From contig JALWSB010000042.1 in NCBI GenBank assembly GCA_027080345.1, forward strand, positions 22,967 to 86,966: 64,000 bases of DNA. The letters run 5' to 3'. The notes under the pieces were generated by a model, which was given only the letters and a program-made list of their open reading frames with translations, did no database searches and was not told where the DNA came from. This DNA comes from Robiginitomaculum sp. (lineage in GTDB: Bacteria; Pseudomonadota; Alphaproteobacteria; Caulobacterales; Maricaulaceae). The position numbers and the translations under genes are program-made. Position 1 is the stretch's first letter, and the number at the start of each line of letters is the position of its first letter. Shown here piece by piece: positions 58,862-64,000 of this stretch.

Positions 58862-59670
58862 ATGCGCGCCGCCGCTGCTGCCAAGGGTTCACTGGCTACC
58901 ATCATGTGGTGCGCATTGGCGTGCAACAAAGTTTTTGCACTGGACATCAGGCCCACATGCCCGGGCCAAAAGATCAAATCCCCGCGTTGCAAGGGTGTTT
59001 TCTCAAGCTCTGGATCCAGTCCTTCGCCCACTGTCTCCACTTGCATATCCGTATCGCGCAGGCATTTTTGCCCCGTGGCCTGCAATGCCAATTGCACCAG
59101 GGCCGAGCAATCAAGCCCGGCGGCGCTGCGCCCGCCCCAGACATAAGGCACGCCCATATATTTTTCCGCCACCGCAACATAATCTGACGGTCTTTGGTCC
59201 AGCGGCGCGACATGTGCCATATGCACCCAGCCAAGTCCCTCTATTTGATGATAATCACCCACACTTTTACCAAGGCATAACTGGCTGTTGGCGTATAAAA
59301 AGCATTGCACCGGAGATTTTAAGTCAGCAGCCTTGAAAACCGGGGCGCTTTGTGCGGCGACGGTATGGGTTGGCTTATTCACACCCTCTCGCAGTGCCGC
59401 AGCGCGCACATAGCCCACATACCCGTCCCCATCAGCCTGCCCCCAAAGCCAGCCATCCTTTTGCTCATAAACGGTAAAACCTTCTCCCCACAGCAATTGG
59501 GTTTGCAGGCCGCTCGCCGCATCCGGTTTGGCGAACAAGGAAACAACGGGGCGGGCGGCCCACCATGGTGTGCCATCCACATAGCGCGCGGCGCGCACAC
59601 GCCCTTGCAGGCTTTTTGCCGCCAGATCAGCACGCGCCGGGGTCAAACGAGGGTCGAACACATCAGCCAT
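58819..59670 (-). CDS. NlpC/P60 (C40) peptidase with N-terminal SH3-like domains
   Basis: 283 aa. C-terminal catalytic region (GLDCSALVQLA...GDLIFWPGHVGLM). Confidence 0.8.
   Translation of the reverse strand: MADVFDPRLTPARADLAAKSLQGRVRAARYVDGTPWWAARPVVSLFAKPDAASGLQTQLLWGEGFTVYEQKDGWLWGQADGDGYVGYVRAAALREGVNKPTHTVAAQSAPVFKAADLKSPVQCFLYANSQLCLGKSVGDYHQIEGLGWVHMAHVAPLDQRPSDYVAVAEKYMGVPYVWGGRSAAGLDCSALVQLALQATGQKCLRDTDMQVETVGEGLDPELEKTPLQRGDLIFWPGHVGLMSSAKTLLHANAHHMMVASEPLAAAAARIKKAAGPITAIRRL
58821..58861 (+). terminator. Rho-independent terminator (plus strand) overlapping the 3' end of the convergent NlpC/P60 gene
   Basis: AAAGCCGCCGGA-(13-nt loop)-TCCGGCGGCTTT running into a T7 tract. Confidence 0.65.
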
Positions 59671-61033
59671 AGCGCGCCTTCAGCATAGCGAAAACCGCGC
59701 GCGGGCCTTGCGCATCGCCGCCCTTTGGATGCCCCGGCCGGGGGCTGGCCACCCAGGCGAATATATCAAAATGCAGCCAACTCTGCGCGCTGACAAAACG
59801 GCGCAAAAATAATGCCGCGGTCACTGACCCGGCCATCGGGCTGGAAGCCGTGTGGCAAATATCGGCAATCGGGCTGTCGAGCAATTTGTCATAGCCGGAC
59901 CATAAGGGCATACGCCAGACCGGATCGCCGACCTGCGCCGCCGCGCCCTGCAAATCAGCGGCAAGAACGTCATCATCGGTATAAAACGGCGCCAGTTCCG
60001 GCCCCAGCGCCACCCGCGCCGCGCCGGTCAAAGTGGCAAAATCGACAAGCAGTTCCGGCTTGTCTTCACTGGCGCGGCATAGGGCATCGGCCAGCACCAG
60101 CCGCCCTTCGGCGTCGGTATTATCAATTTCCACGCTCAAGCCTTTGCGGCTGGGCAAGACATCGCCGGGGCGATAGGCATTACCGGCAATGGCATTGTCA
60201 ACAATCGGGATGACCACATGCAGGCGCACATTCAGACCCGCCGACATAATCAGCCGGGCCAGCGCCAGCGCATTGGCCGCGCCGCCCATATCCTTTTTCA
60301 TCAAACGCATATATTGCGCCGCCTTGATGTCCAGACCGCCGGTGTCAAACACCACACCCTTGCCGACAATAGCGATGCGCGGGGCGTTTTTTTTGCCCCA
60401 ATGCAGCTCGGCCAGACGCGGCGCGTGCGTTGACGCCCGCCCCACTGCATGGACCAAGGGATAATTCTCCTTCAAAAGATCATCGCCCACACAAACCCTG
60501 TATGTGGCATCAAAATCCTTTGCCAGGGCTTTGACAGCATCGGCCAGCGCTTCGGTACCAAGATCATTCGCCGGGGTATTAACAAGGTCGCGGGCCAGAT
60601 AGACCGCCGCGGCCTCATCGCGCGCTTCATCGCGCCGCGCCGCATGAATATAAAGCTGGGCCGGGGCGCGGCCATCCTCCTTCTTGTAGCGATCAAACTG
60701 ATACGCCCCCATCTGCCAGGCCAGCGCCAGCGCTGTGCGCTCGATCGCCGCCGGGGCGAAAGCGAGTTTGTAATCCCCCTCGGGCAGGTGCCTTGCCCCA
60801 TCGCCAAGCGCAAAAGCATCAGCGGCATCACCGCATCCCAAAAGCGCCACCGGCGGCGCATCAGGCCGGGGCACAAGAAGCGCCTGCCCACGTTTACCGG
60901 CAAAGCCCGCATCGGTAACAAATGCCGCCTGCTGCGCGGGCACCGCCGCCAGCCAGCTTGTCAGGCATTGCGGGCCGAGAATATGCAGCGGTCTTTGCTT
61001 TGCGGTTTCTTTTTCAAGTAATGACGCACTCAT
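59663..61033 (-). CDS. M17 leucyl-aminopeptidase-family protein
   Basis: 456 aa with VFDTGG, MKKDMGGAA and NTDAEGRLVLADAL motifs. Overlaps the next gene by 8 nt. Confidence 0.88.
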   Translation of the reverse strand: MSASLLEKETAKQRPLHILGPQCLTSWLAAVPAQQAAFVTDAGFAGKRGQALLVPRPDAPPVALLGCGDAADAFALGDGARHLPEGDYKLAFAPAAIERTALALAWQMGAYQFDRYKKEDGRAPAQLYIHAARRDEARDEAAAVYLARDLVNTPANDLGTEALADAVKALAKDFDATYRVCVGDDLLKENYPLVHAVGRASTHAPRLAELHWGKKNAPRIAIVGKGVVFDTGGLDIKAAQYMRLMKKDMGGAANALALARLIMSAGLNVRLHVVIPIVDNAIAGNAYRPGDVLPSRKGLSVEIDNTDAEGRLVLADALCRASEDKPELLVDFATLTGAARVALGPELAPFYTDDDVLAADLQGAAAQVGDPVWRMPLWSGYDKLLDSPIADICHTASSPMAGSVTAALFLRRFVSAQSWLHFDIFAWVASPRPGHPKGGDAQGPRAVFAMLKARYG

Positions 61034-61130
61034 AATCAGCTCTTTTCCTCTTTACGCGCCCATTAACGGATTATTGACCTTGGGCGCGCATCTTCAAGTC
61101 TCGTTAACCCTGTTTTGCACGAGTCATCAG

Positions 61131-61943
61131 ATGCGTACAGTAAAGAAAATACATCACGCCGCGCCACTTGCACTCCTTTTGGTCCTTGGGGCCTGCTCTA
61201 CCGCGCCCAATCCTGAAGAAGCGGCCCTTAAAGTCAGCCTGCAAAAAGACATCGCCCCGCAATCGCGCGAATCACGCGATACCATCGCCCGCGCCGATAT
61301 TCTCACCCAAGGCACCTTCTGGGCCAAGGAATACAATAAAAACCCCGGTGATCGCGAAGCCGCCCTGCACATGGCCAAGGTTGTGCGCACGCTGGGCAAT
61401 CCCGAACGCGCCGCCACTGTCGCCACCCAGGCGCTGGCGCTCTATCCTGATGATCTGGAATTATTGATGGTTGCCGGGCGCGCCCTGATTGAAAGCGGCC
61501 AAAGCGCCAAGGCCATTGATTATCTTGATCAGGCCATCGCCAAAGCCCCCACTGACTGGCATATTTATTCGGCTTTGGGTGTCGCCTATGATCAGGAAGG
61601 CAAGATCAAACAGGCCCGAGCCGCCTATAATCAGGCTCTGCGCCTGAGCCCCGGCAATGCGCAAGTGCTCTCAAATCTGGCCATGTCTTACGCCGCTGAA
61701 GGGTCACCGGAACGCGCTGAAACCTTGCTGAAAAAAGCTATTACCCGGCCCGAAGCCACCGCCCTGATGCGGCAAAATCTGGCGCTCGTTCTGGGCCTGC
61801 AAGGCAAGTTTGACGAGGCGCGTAGCATCGCCGCCAAGGATTTGCCGGCCAATATGGCCAAAAACAATATTGATTATGTGCGGGACATGATTGTCCGCCC
61901 CCGGCGCTGGGATAGTTTGCGCAACAGTTCTGATCCATCATGA
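61131..61943 (+). CDS. TPR-repeat lipoprotein
   Basis: Trimmed to ATG 61131 (MRTVKKIHHAAPLALLLVLGAC, a lipobox). Several TPR units follow. Confidence 0.7.
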   Translation: MRTVKKIHHAAPLALLLVLGACSTAPNPEEAALKVSLQKDIAPQSRESRDTIARADILTQGTFWAKEYNKNPGDREAALHMAKVVRTLGNPERAATVATQALALYPDDLELLMVAGRALIESGQSAKAIDYLDQAIAKAPTDWHIYSALGVAYDQEGKIKQARAAYNQALRLSPGNAQVLSNLAMSYAAEGSPERAETLLKKAITRPEATALMRQNLALVLGLQGKFDEARSIAAKDLPANMAKNNIDYVRDMIVRPRRWDSLRNSSDPS

Positions 61944-62317
61944 GCGCCTCACTGTCACACCCTGCCGATCGGCTTTTGGGGGCGCTGGGTGCTCTCTATG
62001 GCATGGGCGCTGTAATAGCGCTGGCCCTGGCCAGCCATGCGCTTGCCGATCCGGATGCCGCCGCTCTGGTTGAGCGCGGGGCCACTATGGCGCTTTTTCA
62101 TGCTTTGGCGATTTTTGCCGCGCTTGGTCTGCGCCTGCGGTTAAGCGCAAGTCTTTTTGCTTTGGGTGCTTTTTTGTTTTCCGCCGCGCTTTATACCCAT
62201 GGGTTTACCGGCAGTCGCGCGCTGATCATGCTGGCCCCGTTTGGTGGTATGAGCTTAATTGTCGGCTGGGTCTGGCTTTTTGTGCGCTTCGCTTTTCCCG
62301 TCCGCCGACAAAGATGA
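61940..62317 (+). CDS. DUF423-like small membrane protein
   Basis: 125 aa with four helices. The ATG overlaps the upstream stop (ATGA). Confidence 0.6.
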   Translation: MSASLSHPADRLLGALGALYGMGAVIALALASHALADPDAAALVERGATMALFHALAIFAALGLRLRLSASLFALGAFLFSAALYTHGFTGSRALIMLAPFGGMSLIVGWVWLFVRFAFPVRRQR

Positions 62318-62857
62318 AGAAAACCGCCGCACGGATTGGCGCCAGATCAGAATCTCATCAAGAAGATTACGCAAGCCCAGCCCGCCGCCAATATAAATAT
62401 CCATCTCCAGTATAAGGGCCGTCTTTTTTTTGTAGGCATGGGTAAAGCGGTTATTGGCGTTCCATCTATTGACTTCCAGAAGCGCATTGTCGCGCACCGG
62501 CCCTGTGGCGGGCAGCAAGAACACCGCGCGTAATTGCAATTCATGACAAGCCGCCGTATCGGGCGCGCAATCATAGCCAAAAACCGACCAGTCCAACTGA
62601 TCATGCACGACAAGCCGCTGGTTGGCGACCACGCCTTCGCCCTTAATGTCCTGGACCTCATAGGACAAACCCGCCAACAACATGATCTGGCCAACATCGG
62701 CCATGGTCAAGGCGTTATAAACCGGATTATCAGGCACAGGCGCCGCTTTGGGCGCAGGCTTGTTTTTTTCTTTGGTTTGCGCCGTCATCCCAGCGGCGGG
62801 AAGCGCAAACAGTCCGGCGCAAACAAGCGCGCACAGTGTTTTATTCAACATTGACAT
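62255..62857 (-). CDS. Exported YbjN-like domain protein
   Basis: Start set to ATG 62857 (MSMLNKTLCALVCAGLFALPAAG, a signal peptide). The core LLEVNRWNANNRFTHAY is YbjN-like by memory. The 3' end overlaps the convergent DUF423 gene by 63 nt. Confidence 0.45.
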   Translation of the reverse strand: MSMLNKTLCALVCAGLFALPAAGMTAQTKEKNKPAPKAAPVPDNPVYNALTMADVGQIMLLAGLSYEVQDIKGEGVVANQRLVVHDQLDWSVFGYDCAPDTAACHELQLRAVFLLPATGPVRDNALLEVNRWNANNRFTHAYKKKTALILEMDIYIGGGLGLRNLLDEILIWRQSVRRFSSSLSADGKSEAHKKPDPADN

Positions 62858-62874
62858 GGTGTGCACAAACACCC

Positions 62875-63429
62875 TCAAAGGCCGGGCAACCGTATCCGCC
62901 CACCTTTGCGAATGACCACCTTGCCGCCGCCCGTGGCCTCCTTAATCAACTCTTCACGATGAATCCGGTCCGCTTCGGCATCTGCATCAAGCGGCGTGTT
63001 GTCCACCTTGTTTTTGCCCCGGCCCCGCCAGAACAAAATCCGGTCAGCGAAGCTTTTGGATTTGGTGGTCAATTGCGCGGTTTCCGCATCCAACTTGGCG
63101 CGCACGGTCGGGTCAAGATTACGCCCGCGCGCCGCCTGATCGATCAATGCCTGCTCGCCGGCTGAAAGGGCGGCCCCTGAATCAGATGGTTGTCCCAGCA
63201 TGGCCTGACGGGCGCGCTGCGAGGCTTTCAGATCGTTCGGACCGGCCTCACCGGGGCGCGGCGGCAGCAAATTATATTCCGGCGGCACCACAAGCGGCGC
63301 TTTGGTCAGCACCCGAAATTCATCGGGGCGATTTTTACCGCCACCGGCGGCTCTGGAAAGGCTGGCACAACCGCCAAGGGCCACAGATGCGGCCGCACAC
63401 GATATAACGACCAAAGAGATTTTATTCAT
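62875..63429 (-). CDS. DUF3035-type lipoprotein (BamF-like)
   Basis: Trimmed to ATG 63429, which has a GGGAG RBS. MNKISLVVISCAAASVALGGC is a lipobox, followed by RPDEFRV...PPEYNLLPPRPG. Lies downstream of lspA. Confidence 0.65.
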   Translation of the reverse strand: MNKISLVVISCAAASVALGGCASLSRAAGGGKNRPDEFRVLTKAPLVVPPEYNLLPPRPGEAGPNDLKASQRARQAMLGQPSDSGAALSAGEQALIDQAARGRNLDPTVRAKLDAETAQLTTKSKSFADRILFWRGRGKNKVDNTPLDADAEADRIHREELIKEATGGGKVVIRKGGRIRLPGL

Positions 63430-63485
63430 CAGTTTACTCCCTAAGCGCGCGAGGGTACCCGCGCTGCCCGTGCCAGCCAAGACCT

Positions 63486-63983
63486 TCATACACTCTTTTG
63501 CTGTCGTTCGGCCAGCCAAACATCCAGTAGCATCAGAACAACACCAATACTGATGGCCGAATCGGCCACATTAAACACCCAGATAAAATGAATATCCGAA
63601 AAATCAATAAAATCGACCACCATGCCAAAGCGCGCCCGGTCGATCATATTACCCAGCGCGCCGCCGATAATCAGACCCAAAGCCAGCGCCCCGAATTTGC
63701 GCGTTGATGTCAAAAGCCAGTAAGACAGCACAGCCACAACCGTCAACCCAAAGGCCAAAAGCAGCAGGCGAGCGGCAAGGGAATCGGCCTTGAACAGGCC
63801 AAAGCTCACCCCCTTATTCCACACAAAGGTCAGATCAAAAACTGGCGACAATTCGACATGGCCAAAGGGCTTGTCGCGCAAATGAAGGATGTTGAGCACC
63901 CAGTATTTCGATACTTGGTCAAGGGCAATGACCAGCGCCGCAATGGCAAACCCAAAGCGCAAAAAAACCGTTTTCTCAGCCAT
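63486..63983 (-). CDS. lspA: Lipoprotein signal peptidase
   Basis: About 165 aa with signal peptidase II motifs (WNKGVSFG, FNVADSAISIG). Confidence 0.9.
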   Translation of the reverse strand: MAEKTVFLRFGFAIAALVIALDQVSKYWVLNILHLRDKPFGHVELSPVFDLTFVWNKGVSFGLFKADSLAARLLLLAFGLTVVAVLSYWLLTSTRKFGALALGLIIGGALGNMIDRARFGMVVDFIDFSDIHFIWVFNVADSAISIGVVLMLLDVWLAERQQKSV

Positions 63984-64000
63984 GCACCGCATCCCATTCT

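Noticed and set aside
58639-59187. 182-aa plus-strand ORF (MTHSFISTCVIPGYAGIH...) spanning the structured intergenic region and running antisense into the NlpC/P60 gene.
   Set aside because: The translation of palindromic repeats (VIPGYAGIH type) is a known spurious-ORF signature. The rest is antisense to a well-supported C40 peptidase gene.

Overview
The window looks like core chromosome from a flagellated alphaproteobacterium. Lineage markers are CtrA, a ChpT-family phosphotransferase, a SciP/DUF1153-like gene, an FlbD/FleQ-type activator and a DUF3035 lipoprotein next to lspA. I call about 63 protein genes. I recognised no rRNA, tRNA, CRISPR array, transposase, integrase or phage genes. 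Many ORF-track starts are TTG/GTG extensions and were trimmed to ATG/GTG starts, supported by RBS, signal peptides or 4-nt ATGA/GTGA overlaps.

Layout:
- 1-9.0 kb: housekeeping and envelope genes. These are an acyltransferase fragment, an exported protein, a fatty-acid hydroxylase, a HemAT-like globin-coupled MCP, pgsA-like, a HAD phosphatase, uvrC, folB, an SDR and a Ca/Na antiporter.
- 9.2-18.6 kb: a signalling island. It holds a HisKA-REC protein with a degenerate ATP site, two tandem complete ctrA transcription units, and a convergent cheA(REC)-cheW-cheY-cheB-cheR operon headed by a ChpT-family histidine phosphotransferase gene.
- 18.9-22.6 kb: an M23 peptidase, an exported protein, phaB and phaR.
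- 23.1-40.6 kb: flagellar genes in Caulobacter-like order. These are fliI-fliJ; fliF-fliG-fliH-fliN-flbD-flhA plus a coupled small membrane ORF; sciP-like; fliK-flgD-flgE; and flgK-flgL. Divergent sigma-54-type promoters are readable between fliK and flgK.
- 40.6-48.9 kb: housekeeping genes, namely an M14 peptidase, dapE, suhB-like, efp, a Sel1 protein, thiE, a HAD hydrolase, and a MAPEG/TetR pair.
- 48.9-57.5 kb: a co-directional string of Fe-ADH, thioesterase, exported Ntn acylase, N-formylglutamate-amidohydrolase-like, GCS2 ligase, alpha/beta hydrolase and an orphan double ABC ATPase.
- 57.7-64 kb: an anchored cytochrome c, a highly structured 380-bp intergenic region, NlpC/P60, an M17 peptidase, a TPR lipoprotein, a DUF423-like protein, a YbjN-like protein, a DUF3035 lipoprotein and lspA.

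The most interesting signal is the physical coupling of a Che-type operon (hybrid CheA-REC plus a ChpT-like Hpt) to a duplicated ctrA and a pseudo-kinase/receiver protein. This suggests a chemosensory phosphorelay into CtrA. That reading is an inference from gene content and needs database and experimental checks.
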